Assembly (NCBI GenBank): GCA_002699105.1
Contig: PABJ01000075.1
Location: 1-55,324, forward strand
Length of the DNA: 55,324 nt
DNA from: Ectothiorhodospiraceae bacterium
GTDB taxonomy: Bacteria > Bacteroidota > Ignavibacteria > SZUA-365 > GCA-2699105
Reading direction: 5' to 3'
Shown here piece after piece: positions 16,957-28,124 of this stretch (position 1 is its first letter; each line of letters begins with the position of its first letter). The translations under genes and the position numbers were made by a program. Under the pieces are notes generated by a model. That model had not been told where the DNA came from and made no database searches. It was given only the letters and a program-made list of their open reading frames with translations.

Positions 16957-19188
16957 TTATTGAACCCGCTTGAGGATCAGCATGCCGAGTGGAGGAAGCC
17001 GCAATGTAAGCGAATGCTCGCGCTCATGGGCACCGATATTCTCGGAATTCACTGTGCCGCCATTCCCAACGCCGCTGCCGCCATAGAAATGTGAATCGCT
17101 GTTGAGCACCTCTCTGTATGAGCCGGCAACGTGTACACCCAGCCTGTAATCCTCATATACCATCGGGGTGAAGTTGCATACGACGATGACGCTCTCGCGT
17201 TTTTCCTTGCAGAAGCGCTCATAGGCGAGGATGCTTCTTTCATTATCGTGAAGATCGACCCACTCGAAGCCTTCCCAGGAGAAGTCCACCTCATGGAGCG
17301 CCTTTTCATCGCGGTAGAGTCCATTCAAGTCTTTCAGCCACTGGAAGAGTTGATTGTGAGAATCAAACTCCAGGAGATTCCAATCGAGCTGCGTATCGTG
17401 ATTCCATTCATTCCACTGACCGAATTCCTGGCCCATGAAGAGCAGTTTCTTACCCGGATGTGTCCACATATAGCCGAGGAAGAGACGCATATTGGCGAAC
17501 TTCTGCCAATAGTCACCCGGCATCTTGTTGAGTAGCGATTTTTTCCCGTATACAACCTCGTCGTGGGAGATAGGGAGCATGAACCGTTCGGTAAAGGCGT
17601 AAAGCAGGCTGAAGGTCAGGTTGTTGTGATGGTATTTCCGGAAGATGGGGTCCTTCTCGAAGTATTCCAGCGTATCATGCATCCAGCCCATATTCCATTT
17701 GTAGTCGAAACCGAGCCCGTTATCGTCGACAGGATGAGTAACACCAGTGAACGAGGTTGATTCCTCAGCAATAACCATAGCGCCCGGGCAATTAGCATGG
17801 ACAGCCCAGTTTAATTGGCGAAGGAAATTGATGGCCTCCAGATTCTCCCGTCCCCCGTACTCGTTCGGTACCCATTCGCCTTCGTTACGCGAATAATCGA
17901 GGTACAGCATGGAAGCGACTGCATCGATCCGGATGCCGTCGAGGTGGAACTGCTCGAGCCAGAACAACGCGTTTGCGATAAGGAAATTCTTCACCTCATG
18001 GCGGCCGTAGTTGAAGATGAACGTTCCCCAATCCAAATGCTCGCCTTTGCGGGGGTCGGAATGCTCATATACATGGGTTCCATCGAAGAGGCCCAGTGCG
18101 TGCAAATCCTTCGGGAAATGCGCCGGCACCCAATCGAGCAGCACGCCGATACCTGCCTGGTGGAGCTTATCGATGAGATACCGGAAGTCGTCGGGTGAAC
18201 CGTGCCTGCTGGTAGGGGCGTAGTATCCCGTTACCTGATATCCCCAGGATCCGTCGAACGGGTGCTCCATGATCGGCAGCAATTCAACATGCGTGAATCC
18301 TGCAGACTGAATATACGGGACCAGTTCATTGGCGATCTCCCGATAGGAATAATAGCCGCCATCCCCGTGACGCTTCCATGAGGCAAGATGGATCTCGTAG
18401 ATGGAAACAGGCTTATCGTACGGATCTGAGGCACTGCGTTCGTCCATCCAGTGCTGATCGCTCCAGGAGTAGGTTTCCCGGCTCTTCACGATCGACGCCG
18501 TGCGAGGCCGTACTTCCATGTACCGGGCATACGGATCGGTCTTATCCATGATATGCCCATCGCGGGTTTTTACCTCGAATTTGTACATGGTCCCATCGTC
18601 GAGACCCGGCACAAACATCTCCCACACACCGGATGAGCCTAGTACCCGCATCGCGTGGCGCCTCCTGTCCCAGCCGTTGAAATCGCCGATAACACTGACG
18701 CTTCTTGCGCTCGGTGCCCACACCGCAAAATGCACACCACCGATTCCATCGTTCAACCTGAAGTGCGATCCTAGCTTATCGTAGATCCGGAAGTGGTTTC
18801 CTTCGCCGAATAAGTGCAGATCGTAATCGGTTAACTGCGGAAGGAAGGCATACGAATCATAGAAGACATGCGTTTCGCCGTCGGCTGTAACTCGTTTCAG
18901 CTTATAGCGGAAGACATCCGACTCTCCGAGGAAGATGTATTCGTAGAATCCTTCCACATGCACTCGCTCCATCGGAAATTCTTCGGTTCTTCCGTCTTCG
19001 AACTCGCGAAGAACGTACACCTCGGTTGCGAGAGGCAGGAATGCACGGATCGAGACCGCCGGTTCACCAAGCGCGGTAATCTTATGAATCCCGAGCACGG
19101 TATAGGGATCGTGATGCTCAGTGAATATGATGCGGTAAATATCTTCGAGCGCTGCGGTTGGAACGAGGTCCTTGACGGCTGCTTCCAT
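16957..19188 (-). CDS. glgB: 1,4-alpha-glucan branching enzyme
   Basis: 743 aa. Motifs seen are [49 protein letters not shown] and KWNMGWMHD. Confidence 0.95.
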   Translation of the reverse strand: MEAAVKDLVPTAALEDIYRIIFTEHHDPYTVLGIHKITALGEPAVSIRAFLPLATEVYVLREFEDGRTEEFPMERVHVEGFYEYIFLGESDVFRYKLKRVTADGETHVFYDSYAFLPQLTDYDLHLFGEGNHFRIYDKLGSHFRLNDGIGGVHFAVWAPSARSVSVIGDFNGWDRRRHAMRVLGSSGVWEMFVPGLDDGTMYKFEVKTRDGHIMDKTDPYARYMEVRPRTASIVKSRETYSWSDQHWMDERSASDPYDKPVSIYEIHLASWKRHGDGGYYSYREIANELVPYIQSAGFTHVELLPIMEHPFDGSWGYQVTGYYAPTSRHGSPDDFRYLIDKLHQAGIGVLLDWVPAHFPKDLHALGLFDGTHVYEHSDPRKGEHLDWGTFIFNYGRHEVKNFLIANALFWLEQFHLDGIRIDAVASMLYLDYSRNEGEWVPNEYGGRENLEAINFLRQLNWAVHANCPGAMVIAEESTSFTGVTHPVDDNGLGFDYKWNMGWMHDTLEYFEKDPIFRKYHHNNLTFSLLYAFTERFMLPISHDEVVYGKKSLLNKMPGDYWQKFANMRLFLGYMWTHPGKKLLFMGQEFGQWNEWNHDTQLDWNLLEFDSHNQLFQWLKDLNGLYRDEKALHEVDFSWEGFEWVDLHDNERSILAYERFCKEKRESVIVVCNFTPMVYEDYRLGVHVAGSYREVLNSDSHFYGGSGVGNGGTVNSENIGAHEREHSLTLRLPPLGMLILKRVQ

Positions 19189-19230
19189 TGATGTTGAGCC
19201 TGATGAGTGTTTGTGGATGTGAACCCTGTA

Positions 19231-20559
19231 TTATAGTAAATCGCTGGCAAGATCGGCAAGTTCCGACCGCTCACCCTTTTCGAGCGTGATATGCGCATAG
19301 AGCGGTTGACCCTGCATTCTATCGATCAGATAGCTTAATCCATTCGATTGGCTATCCAAATACGGATGATCGATCTGGAATATGTCTCCAGTAAAGACGA
19401 ACTTCGTGCCTTCACCAGCTCTCGTGATAATCGTTTTGACTTCGTGCGGTGTGAGGTTCTGGGCTTCATCGACAATGAAGTAAATATTCACCAGGCTCCG
19501 GCCACGGATGTAGGCGAGCGGTGAAATCACCAGTTTCTCTTCTTTGAGAAGCTCCTTGATTCTCCGGTGTTTTACATCGGTCTCGGCGAACTGGTTCTGA
19601 ATGACTCCGAGGTTATCGTACAAGGGCTGCATGTACGGATCAAGCTTCGATTGAATATCACCCGGCAGATATCCGATGTCCTTGTTGCTCAGCGGGACGA
19701 TTGGACGAGCCAGGTAGATTTGGCGGTAGTTTTTCTTTTTTTCAAGCGCTGCAGCGAGAGCAAGGAGGGTTTTCCCCGTGCCTGCCTTCCCGGACAAACT
19801 CACCAGTCTGATCTCCGGATTGAGCAATGCGTGCAATGCAAATGTTTGCTCTGAATTCCGCGGAGTGATGTTATAAGCGCTCACCTTATCCACCCGCTTC
19901 ATCATTCCTTCTACGTGGTCGTATACGGAGAGGGCGGACTTTTTATTATGGCGAAGGATAAAGTACTCGTTCGCCTTAAACGAATTCGTGCCGTTGAATT
20001 CCTCAGCCGGCAATTCGAACGGGACCTTGTACATTCTGTCGATGATGTCCTCGGGAATATCCTCGAGGACGCGGCGCCCGGTGTAAAGCGTCTCGATATC
20101 CTGGATCCTGTCGGTAGTGTAGTCCTCGGCGCGAAGTCCGACGGACTTTGCCTTCATGCGAAGGTTTACATCCTTGGTGACAAGGATTGTCGTTTTACCG
20201 GGACTGTTTTTGGCTATGAGATAGGCGGTGTTAAGAATTCGATGGTCGGGACTTGCCATCGAAAAGCTTTTCTCCAGTTCAGGGTCAAGATCCTCATCCA
20301 ATTGGATAGATATTTTGCCCTTCGTGCCTAGTTTAATCCCTTCCTTGAAGATTTTTTCCCCACTCAATGAATCCAGCTGGCGGAGGAATTGCCTCGCGTG
20401 GAAATTGAGTATTTCGTTGCCTTTTTTGAATTGGTCGAGTTCTTCTAGAACTGCGATTGGGATGATGATGTTGTTTTCTTCGAATTGGTCGATGCAGGAA
20501 CTATCGTGCAGGATGACGTTGGTATCCAGCACGTAGTTTTTCGGACGGCGTGCGGCCAT
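19231..20559 (-). CDS. PhoH2-type protein: N-terminal PIN domain fused to a PhoH-like ATPase
   Basis: PIN signature [11 protein letters not shown] at the N-terminus. Walker A GKAGTGKT. PhoH-like GYLPGD...DPYMQPLYD and Walker [11 protein letters not shown]. Length is 442 aa. Confidence 0.85.
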   Translation of the reverse strand: MAARRPKNYVLDTNVILHDSSCIDQFEENNIIIPIAVLEELDQFKKGNEILNFHARQFLRQLDSLSGEKIFKEGIKLGTKGKISIQLDEDLDPELEKSFSMASPDHRILNTAYLIAKNSPGKTTILVTKDVNLRMKAKSVGLRAEDYTTDRIQDIETLYTGRRVLEDIPEDIIDRMYKVPFELPAEEFNGTNSFKANEYFILRHNKKSALSVYDHVEGMMKRVDKVSAYNITPRNSEQTFALHALLNPEIRLVSLSGKAGTGKTLLALAAALEKKKNYRQIYLARPIVPLSNKDIGYLPGDIQSKLDPYMQPLYDNLGVIQNQFAETDVKHRRIKELLKEEKLVISPLAYIRGRSLVNIYFIVDEAQNLTPHEVKTIITRAGEGTKFVFTGDIFQIDHPYLDSQSNGLSYLIDRMQGQPLYAHITLEKGERSELADLASDLL

Positions 20560-20793
20560 GAAAGTACTCTGTTCGTGTAGGTAAATGCGGACTGCATGGA
20601 AATAAAGTTAGCGATCTTTGTACAAACTTCAAGATGGAGGTCCTTTGAATTGCTTCCAGGAAGAAAGCAGGATCGCCAACAAGCCTGTCTCAATGGGCTC
20701 CCGTTTAAAACGCGACTCGGAATCGCTCTAAGTGCTTGATTTGTCCGCGATTTACCCATATATTTAAATTTGTTTTCAAATTACAGGAGTAAC

Positions 20794-21051
20794 ATGGCCA
20801 ACCACAAATCAGCGATCAAGAGGATTCGGGTCTCAGAGACGCGCCGCCTCCGGAACATGGCGAAGAAAACGCGCATGAAAAACCTCATCAAGCAGCTTCA
20901 GGGTGCCGAAACACGCGAGCAAGCGGAAGCTCTGTACAAGCAGGTCAGCTCTCACCTCGATCGAATCGCCGAGAAGGGCATTATTCACAAGAACAATGCT
21001 GCGAACCGGAAGTCTAAACTTGCGAAGTTCGTTCAATCTCTCAGCGCGTAA
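20794..21051 (+). CDS. rpsT: 30S ribosomal protein S20
   Basis: MANHKSAIKRIRVSETRRLRN is the canonical S20 N-terminus. AGGAG lies 4 nt upstream of ATG 20794. The track ORF start at 20770 is an upstream extension. Confidence 0.95.
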   Translation: MANHKSAIKRIRVSETRRLRNMAKKTRMKNLIKQLQGAETREQAEALYKQVSSHLDRIAEKGIIHKNNAANRKSKLAKFVQSLSA

Positions 21052-21200
21052 AGCGCACAAGTAGGGAGTACAGAACATCCCGAGGAACTTGGGCGCCGTC
21101 CCGCCCGTTGGTGCGGCGCATTTCCCGTTCTCGATCCACGTTCTCAACCAACTATGGAGCCTCCTAATTGTAGCCCGACGAATGTAACCCGTACCTGCCG

Positions 21201-22559
21201 ATGGGGGTATCTGCTATGACGGGTACATTGATTCTGGATACAGTTCTTTTCTTCGTATTTCTTCTGACGGCGATGTACGTTGCGCTCGTTGAAGCCGCTA
21301 TTACTGCAGCGAGTCGGCAAAAGCTCGATGAACTCCTTTCAGAGGGTGATGAACGAGCATCCCTTCCCCTGGAACTCAAAAGCCGGATTGAACACATCCT
21401 CGCGACATCGCGCATTGTGATGGTGTTCTTCATCGCCGCGACTGCGGTATTGTTTTTCCCCCACCTGTTGGAACTTCGCGACTGGTTTTTGAGCCAATAT
21501 TCCGGGGATTCGTTTTGGCTTGCAAAGATTCTTGAGATAACAGCATACCTCGTATATGTCCTCATCGTGACGCTTGTGTACCTTATCGCGGTGCTGTTGA
21601 TAAGCCGTCCCTTGGGGAAGAATTTCGGGGAACGTATTGCCATGGCACTTGCCGGTTCGTTCACTGTTGTCGAAACGGTTGTCGCACCGATTCGGAGCAC
21701 TTCTCTTTTCATTGCTTCGCTGTTCTTGAAACCATTCGGTATCAAACCTCACTACGGGGATGTGATGATTACCGAGGAGAACGTGATGGAGATGCTCGAA
21801 CGTGGAGCCGAAACCGGCGTATTCGAGCAGACGGAGCATGATCTTATCGAGAGCATCTTCCAGTTTACGGATACCGATGCTAAGGATATCATGATTCCGC
21901 GAACTGATATCGTGGCAATCGATTACGCGATGTCCGAAGATCAACTGCTCAACCGCGTCGTAGACGAAGGATTCACGCGCTTACCGGTGTACAGGGAATC
22001 CATCGACGATATCGTCGGGGTCGTGTACGCCAAGGACATCGTCAGCTTACTGCAGCACCAGAATCTAATCATCTTCGATGATATCATCCGCCCCGCCTTC
22101 TTTGTGTACGAACGCAAACCGATCTCGGAATTGCTCCGCGATTTTCAGCGCAGACGCATCCACCTTGCTATCGTTGTTGATGAGTTCGGCGGAACGCAAG
22201 GCCTTATCACAATGGAAGATATCCTCGAAGAGATCGTAGGCGAGATTCAAGACGAATACGATGAGGAAGAAGAGGGGATCGAAACCCGGACGGATGGCTC
22301 GTACATCGTTCAGGCGAAACTGCATATCGGAGATGTGAACGAGGAGCTCGATCTCCACATTCCCGAAAGCGAAGATTATGATACCGTAGGCGGCTTCGTT
22401 ACCTCTCTGTTCGGACGGATCCCTGACCAAGGCGATGAAATCGAGTATAATGGGGTCAGTATCGAGATATTGGAGGTAGACGACAAGCGCATATCGCTGG
22501 TCCTCATCACCAAACAACAACTGGGCGGTGGGAATGGTACAGATGACTTCCCGACCTAG
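21201..22559 (+). CDS. CNNM/CorC-type hemolysin-family transporter-associated protein (DUF21, CBS pair, CorC_HlyC)
   Basis: The N-terminal TM domain carries VEAAITAAS. Also seen are a CBS pair (KDIMIPRTDIVAI..., LAIVVDEFGGTQGLITMEDILEEIVGEI) and a C-terminal transporter-associated domain. The start could also be ATG 21216. Confidence 0.85.
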   Translation: MGVSAMTGTLILDTVLFFVFLLTAMYVALVEAAITAASRQKLDELLSEGDERASLPLELKSRIEHILATSRIVMVFFIAATAVLFFPHLLELRDWFLSQYSGDSFWLAKILEITAYLVYVLIVTLVYLIAVLLISRPLGKNFGERIAMALAGSFTVVETVVAPIRSTSLFIASLFLKPFGIKPHYGDVMITEENVMEMLERGAETGVFEQTEHDLIESIFQFTDTDAKDIMIPRTDIVAIDYAMSEDQLLNRVVDEGFTRLPVYRESIDDIVGVVYAKDIVSLLQHQNLIIFDDIIRPAFFVYERKPISELLRDFQRRRIHLAIVVDEFGGTQGLITMEDILEEIVGEIQDEYDEEEEGIETRTDGSYIVQAKLHIGDVNEELDLHIPESEDYDTVGGFVTSLFGRIPDQGDEIEYNGVSIEILEVDDKRISLVLITKQQLGGGNGTDDFPT

Positions 22560-22640
22560 ATCAACACCGTATTAAAATCCGTTTTACATTCAGTCGATAG
22601 TTTGCGAACTTAACAGCGTGTTACGCAAACCGGATGCAGC

Positions 22641-23606
22641 ATGCCCGCCATATTTTCACTTTTATCAGCAGTCCTGCCTATAGGATTCTTCGTTTGGATC
22701 GTCTGGATTCTGGACCGCTACGATCGTGAACCAATTTATCTTGTCTCGATACACTTCTTTTGGGGGGCATTCGGTGCGGTATTTTTCGGGATACTGCTCA
22801 GCGTACTGACATCCGCCTTGCTGGGAACGAACGATTTCCTTGATGTCGTATTCGTTGCACCGTTCGTAGAGGAATTAACCAAGGGTGCGTTGTTGTTTTT
22901 GACGGTGAGAAGCCGGCAATTCGACAACGTGACGGATGGCCTGGTCTACGGGATGGCCATCGGTCTTGGATTCGGAATGACCGAAAACTTTCTGTACTTC
23001 CTTTCGGCTAGCTCGCCTGCGGAGTGGATATTTCTTGTCATCGTTCGAACCTTTTTCTCCGCGGTGATGCACGCAATGGCTACTGGAACGGTAGGCGCTG
23101 CGTTCGGGATTACGAAGTTCCGTTTCCCGGGATACAGCACTCCTATCCGCATTGGCGGATTTCTGCTGGCGATGTTCATGCATTTCCTCTGGAATTTCTC
23201 CGTCTCCGTCGAGAGCATGGGGGCAGCCGGACTGGGGATGGTGTACATAGTGATCAGCGTTGCTGTCATCCTTATCCTGTTTCAGATATCGCTCAATCAT
23301 GAAAAGAAGCTCATACTTGCTGAACTAACCGAGGAAGCAGAGGCTGGGTTCTTGCCGACCGACCACATACCCTACCTGTGCAGGCTTCGAACACGCAAGA
23401 ATCCTTTCTGGATATCGAACGGAATCGAAAAGGAGCAATACATCAAGCTTGCCGTGACTCTGGCATTCAGGAAGGCACAGAGCCGTATGTGCCGGCAAAA
23501 CGAAGTAGATTCTTACCTTGAAGAAGTGGATGCCCTGCGGGGACAAATAGCAGCGATGCTCTATCCTCCGCCCGATACACTAAGCGACGGTACAAAACTC
23601 GTATAA
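22641..23606 (+). CDS. PrsW-family intramembrane metalloprotease, paralog 1
   Basis: Polytopic protein with DRYDREP, the EExxK motif (FVEELTKGA), ENFLYF, AVMHAMATG and FMHFLWN, plus a ~90-aa cytoplasmic C-terminal tail. Confidence 0.75.
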   Translation: MPAIFSLLSAVLPIGFFVWIVWILDRYDREPIYLVSIHFFWGAFGAVFFGILLSVLTSALLGTNDFLDVVFVAPFVEELTKGALLFLTVRSRQFDNVTDGLVYGMAIGLGFGMTENFLYFLSASSPAEWIFLVIVRTFFSAVMHAMATGTVGAAFGITKFRFPGYSTPIRIGGFLLAMFMHFLWNFSVSVESMGAAGLGMVYIVISVAVILILFQISLNHEKKLILAELTEEAEAGFLPTDHIPYLCRLRTRKNPFWISNGIEKEQYIKLAVTLAFRKAQSRMCRQNEVDSYLEEVDALRGQIAAMLYPPPDTLSDGTKLV

Positions 23607-23627
23607 CACTTAACCGCACACTGGATA

Positions 23628-24569
23628 ATGCTGCAAGCGCTTATATCTCTCGTTTATGCAATTGTCCCGGTCCTTTTTTATCTCTGGATCGTATGGACGA
23701 TTGACCGCTACGATAGGGAGCCGATGGGGCTTGTTCTCGCGAACTTCGGTTGGGGTATCATCACTGCGGTCTTGATACTTGGATTCGGACTGCTTTCAAA
23801 CACCGAGTACGATAAAACACTCACGGCCCCAATCGTCGAGGAAACCTTGAAGTGCCTCATCCTATTCTGGACGGCACGCCAGAAGGCATTCGATAATATC
23901 ACCGACGGCATGGTCTACGGCATGGCTATTGGGCTCGGATTCGGCATGACAGAGAACTTCGTGTGGTTCTGGAACGCGTCTACTGTGAGCTCGTGGGTTA
24001 CACGCGTACTGGGCCGGACGTTGTTCACCGTTATCATGCACGCACTCGCCACCGGACTAGTCGGCACGTTCTTCGGATTGACGAAGTTCGGGAAGAAGTG
24101 GTGGAGGCTACCGCTGCGCCTGCTCGGGCTTGCTGCAGCAATCGGTATCCACATGTTCTGGAATACGACCGTGCTCAGCTACGATGGTACAGGCATCCCG
24201 ATCGACACAGTATTTATTCTTCTCGGGCTCGTCTCCACTGGTCTTATCCTGCAGATGTCGCTGCTCGCGGAGAACCGCATCTTACGGCGCGAACTGACCG
24301 AAGAATCCGAGGCGGGGCTCATCCCGGTGACGCATCTCCAGTATCTGCCGTACAGCACCAAGCGGAAATTCCTCGGCTGGCTTTCACCGGCAATCGACAA
24401 GCGGGAGTATATAGAAGCAACGACGCAGCTTGCCTTCAGAAGGTACCAGGCCAAGATGTGCCAGGATGATGAGCGGGAGCAATATGAGCAGGAAGTGGAA
24501 GCACTGCGCGAGAAAATCCGTGCGATGCTTGCCAGCGATAGGCACAGCGCAGCCGCCCAATTGTATTAA
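23628..24569 (+). CDS. PrsW-family intramembrane metalloprotease, paralog 2
   Basis: Same architecture as the upstream gene: DRYDREP, IVEETLKCL, ENFVWF, VIMHALATG and GIHMFWN, with a homologous C-terminal tail. It lies 21 nt downstream of paralog 1. Confidence 0.75.
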   Translation: MLQALISLVYAIVPVLFYLWIVWTIDRYDREPMGLVLANFGWGIITAVLILGFGLLSNTEYDKTLTAPIVEETLKCLILFWTARQKAFDNITDGMVYGMAIGLGFGMTENFVWFWNASTVSSWVTRVLGRTLFTVIMHALATGLVGTFFGLTKFGKKWWRLPLRLLGLAAAIGIHMFWNTTVLSYDGTGIPIDTVFILLGLVSTGLILQMSLLAENRILRRELTEESEAGLIPVTHLQYLPYSTKRKFLGWLSPAIDKREYIEATTQLAFRRYQAKMCQDDEREQYEQEVEALREKIRAMLASDRHSAAAQLY

Positions 24570-24583
24570 CAGATCGAAGATTG

Positions 24584-25747
24584 ATGACACACGTTCTCGT
24601 TACGTTCGGAACCCGCCCGGAGGCGATCAAGCTTGCTCCGGTCATTAAGCATATACAGAGCAAACCGGAAGACTTCAGGCTGACCGTCTGCATCACCTCG
24701 CAGCACAAGGAGCTTCTGCGTCAGGTAATCGATTTCTTCGGGATTACAGAAGACGTGGACCTCGATGTGATGGTGCAAAACCAGACTCTGGAGCACGTCA
24801 CGACCGCAGTGCTGAACGGTATGCGCGAGGTCCTTCTAGAAAAGAAGCCCGACATCGTGCTTGTACAAGGGGACACCACAACGGTGTTTGCATCGGCATT
24901 GGCCGCATATTATCAGAAAATCGCCGTCGGACATGTGGAAGCCGGTCTCAGGACGCACAACAAGTACAGCCCGTTTCCGGAAGAAATTAACCGGAAACTT
25001 ACCGGCGGGTTAACCGACTTGCATTTTGCCCCGACCAAGCTTTCGGCAGAGAACCTTATCCAGGAGAACTATCCGAAGGCTGATGTCTATGTCACCGGCA
25101 ACACCGTGATTGATGCGGTCCTCCTCGGAAAGTCCATCCTAGATGCGCGCAGCGACGCCGAAAGGAAAGACATGATAGCCAGCGCCGGAATTTCCCCGGA
25201 GGTATATGCCAGGATCAGGGCAGGTGAACGCAGACTCATTTTGGTAACAGCACACCGCAGGGAGAGCTTCGGAGAGCCGTTCCGGCGGATGTGCTTTGCC
25301 ATGAAGCAACTCATCGATAGAAACCCCGATATCGAGATCATATACCCGGTCCATCCTAACCCGCAGGTGCGGAACGTCGTCTTTGATGTACTCAAGGATA
25401 TCGACCGCGTCCATTTGATCGATCCGGTGCCGTATGAGCAGCTTGTATTGCTCATGGATATGAGTTATCTCCTATTGACGGATTCCGGCGGTATTCAGGA
25501 GGAAGGACCGTCGCTCCAAAAGCCGGTACTGGTAATGAGGGAGACCACAGAGCGTCCCGAGGGAATAGAAGCAGGAGTATCCAGGCTCGTCGGGACGGAC
25601 CGGGAGAAGATCATCTCGACCGTCGAAGAACTCCTCCACGATGAAGCGGTATACGAAAAGATGGCGAAGAGCGCGAATCCATATGGTGACGGCAAGGCCA
25701 GTGTACGCATTGCCGATATTCTCCAGGAGCGGCTGCCCTTACGATGA
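24584..25747 (+). CDS. wecB: UDP-N-acetylglucosamine 2-epimerase (non-hydrolysing)
   Basis: Motifs VTFGTRPEAIKLAPV, HVEAGLRT, PFPEEINR and DSGGIQEE. ATG 24584 sits just after the TTG at 24581. Confidence 0.9.
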   Translation: MTHVLVTFGTRPEAIKLAPVIKHIQSKPEDFRLTVCITSQHKELLRQVIDFFGITEDVDLDVMVQNQTLEHVTTAVLNGMREVLLEKKPDIVLVQGDTTTVFASALAAYYQKIAVGHVEAGLRTHNKYSPFPEEINRKLTGGLTDLHFAPTKLSAENLIQENYPKADVYVTGNTVIDAVLLGKSILDARSDAERKDMIASAGISPEVYARIRAGERRLILVTAHRRESFGEPFRRMCFAMKQLIDRNPDIEIIYPVHPNPQVRNVVFDVLKDIDRVHLIDPVPYEQLVLLMDMSYLLLTDSGGIQEEGPSLQKPVLVMRETTERPEGIEAGVSRLVGTDREKIISTVEELLHDEAVYEKMAKSANPYGDGKASVRIADILQERLPLR

Positions 25748-26871
25748 AACCGCTCAGGTTGTTGTTTGATGGACGCGCATTCACGCCGCGGCGGTCGGGT
25801 ATTGGGGAGTATTCCTACTATTTGCTGCAGGCGCTGCTGACGCACTTCGCAGATGAGATCGACGTTAGCCTCTATGCCGCTGAGGATGTCGTTCCAGTTC
25901 GAAGTATCGGCGAGGTCGAAGAGGCGACAAGAGATGTGCAGCCGGGTGATTTATACAAACCCACCGAACAGTTGCGATTACCCAAGATTCTGGACCCAAG
26001 GCGTTTCGACCTCTACCATTGCCCCGACTACTCCATCCCTTTGCTGAACAGCAGCTTCCCGATCATCGCGACAATTCACGATGTGGTTCCTCTCGTCTAT
26101 CCCGACATGATGAAAGGATCGCTGAAGGTGAAATTGCTCCCTGTCTTCAAATGGTACCTTCGGAATGCATTGAAGCGCAGTCGAAGCGTGATTACGGTAT
26201 CCGAGTTTTCGAAGCAGGAAATGAACCGCTTCTTCGGCGGGCTTACAGACCGTGTCGAAGTCATCCACTCGGCGCCGTATCATCCGGAGAAAAGGCCGGC
26301 GGGAGAAGCGGAAGTTCCGAACATCGAACCGCGTTCGTATTTCCTGTACGTCGGTCGTCAGGAACCATACAAAGGAATTCGCGAGCTGATCGAATCGTTT
26401 AAGAGAGTGTACCATGATGTTTCCGAGCGAGTCCCGTTCCTCGTCATTACGGGTGAAGTGGATGAGCGATATCAATGGGACAGGGTGGTGCAGGAATCAG
26501 GTATGGAAGGGCGCGTACGGTTTACTGGGTACGTCAGCCGGGAGCAGCTCACCTGGTTGTATACGAACGCAAGCGCATTTGTATTTCCTTCGTTGTACGA
26601 AGGTTTCGGTTTCCCGCCGTTGGATGCGATGGCGTTCGGTTTGCCGGTGGCTTGCTCCAATCGTGCCTCGCTCCCCGAGGTGGCAGGAGAGGCTGCACGA
26701 ATGTTCGATCCCGGCTCCAATGAATCGATCGACGAGGCATTGAAAGACATTGCTCTAAACGATACCTTACGTGCAGAGCTTATTGTAAAAGGCGAGAACC
26801 GCCTTCGCGTGTTTTCCTGGCAGGCTACAGCAGAGAAGACGATGAATGTGTACCGAAAGGCAATCAAATAG
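25744..26871 (+). CDS. GT4-family (GT-B fold) glycosyltransferase
   Basis: C-terminal signature FVFPSLYEGFGFPPLDAMAFGLPVACSNRASLPEV. The ATG overlaps the wecB stop (ATGA), which implies translational coupling. Confidence 0.85.
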   Translation: MKPLRLLFDGRAFTPRRSGIGEYSYYLLQALLTHFADEIDVSLYAAEDVVPVRSIGEVEEATRDVQPGDLYKPTEQLRLPKILDPRRFDLYHCPDYSIPLLNSSFPIIATIHDVVPLVYPDMMKGSLKVKLLPVFKWYLRNALKRSRSVITVSEFSKQEMNRFFGGLTDRVEVIHSAPYHPEKRPAGEAEVPNIEPRSYFLYVGRQEPYKGIRELIESFKRVYHDVSERVPFLVITGEVDERYQWDRVVQESGMEGRVRFTGYVSREQLTWLYTNASAFVFPSLYEGFGFPPLDAMAFGLPVACSNRASLPEVAGEAARMFDPGSNESIDEALKDIALNDTLRAELIVKGENRLRVFSWQATAEKTMNVYRKAIK

Positions 26872-26873
26872 AT

Positions 26874-27887
26874 ATGAAACTGCTTGAACAACTTGGAGCG
26901 GATAACGGGCTCCTCCTTGCGCCTATGGAGGATGTCACTGATATCTCATTCCGATTGATGTGCAAACGGTTCGGTGCGGACCTTGTGTACACCGAGTTTG
27001 TGAATGCAGACGGCCTTGTGCGCAGCAAGAAACCGACGAAGACACGCCTTAAAATGCGCCTGCATGAAGAGGAGCGGCCGATCGGTATTCAGATATACGG
27101 CGGCAACCTCAATACGATGGAAGAAGCTGCTACCATGGCCGAGGCAGAGCAGCCGGAACTGCTCGATATCAACGCAGGGTGCTGGGTAAAGAACGTTGCA
27201 ATGCGCGGTGCCGGTGCAGGGCTGCTCCGCGATCCCTGCACGATGAAGTCCATGGCGGAGACGATCGTCAAACGCGTGAATCTTCCAGTAACGCTCAAAA
27301 CGCGCCTCGGCTGGGATAAGGAATCGATCAACATCATCGAAGTTGCCAAGATGCTCGAAGATGTCGGCATTCAGGTCCTTACCGTACATTGCCGAACCCG
27401 CTCACAGGGACATAACGGGGAAGCCGATTGGAGCTGGATTCCGCGGATCAAAGAGGCAGTATCCATCCCTGTCGTATTGAACGGAGATGTTAGCTCACCG
27501 CAAGCGGCGAAACGGGCCTTCGCTGAGACCGGCTGCGATGCCGTGATGATTGCGCGGGGAGCGATTGCCAATCCATGGATATTTAAAGAAACGAAGCACT
27601 ACCTTGCTACCGGCGAATTGCCCCCGGAACCGACGTTCGAGGAGAAGATCAAAACCTGCATAGAGCATCTTCGTCTTGCAGTTCACTACAAGGGAGAACG
27701 GAGGGCGATATTCGAAAACAGGAAGTATTACTCCGGCTACCTCAAAGGCGTGCGTCATGCAAAGCAGATGCGTATGGCTCTCATGAAGCCCGAATCCCTT
27801 GCTGAGGCGGAGGATTTACTCTACAGTTTCTTGTTCTATCAAGAAGAAATCGGCGCCGGGGAACAGACCCCGGTACTGGCTGCGTAG
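26874..27887 (+). CDS. dusB: tRNA-dihydrouridine synthase
   Basis: Motifs LAPMEDVTD, DINAGCW, TVHCRTR and MIARGAIANPWIF. Length is 337 aa. Confidence 0.9.
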   Translation: MKLLEQLGADNGLLLAPMEDVTDISFRLMCKRFGADLVYTEFVNADGLVRSKKPTKTRLKMRLHEEERPIGIQIYGGNLNTMEEAATMAEAEQPELLDINAGCWVKNVAMRGAGAGLLRDPCTMKSMAETIVKRVNLPVTLKTRLGWDKESINIIEVAKMLEDVGIQVLTVHCRTRSQGHNGEADWSWIPRIKEAVSIPVVLNGDVSSPQAAKRAFAETGCDAVMIARGAIANPWIFKETKHYLATGELPPEPTFEEKIKTCIEHLRLAVHYKGERRAIFENRKYYSGYLKGVRHAKQMRMALMKPESLAEAEDLLYSFLFYQEEIGAGEQTPVLAA

Positions 27888-28124
27888 AAGTTCACAAGAG
27901 CATTCAAACCGTATGCCTGAGTAAATTTATTCGTAGGTAATACTTGCGAACGATTTTCAGCGTATCGTATATTGTTTGTATTAGCAGACGGCATAGTAGG
28001 AAATACGCAATTGGCGCGTTTCGCTTGATTCCTTTGCGGAATCTTGTTATTATTGTCGTAATTGAAGTTACAAGGTTGAGTCTAAGGTTTTACTTTAAAT
28101 CATCGTACTCTCAAGGAGGAACAA

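Noticed and set aside
27888-28124. 237-bp AT-rich region upstream of the lipoprotein/LysM pair, considered as a possible ncRNA or a Bacteroidota-type promoter (TAnnTTTG)
   Set aside because: I found no exact -7 motif match and no convincing structure by eye. It is most simply a promoter region and cannot be resolved without a scan.
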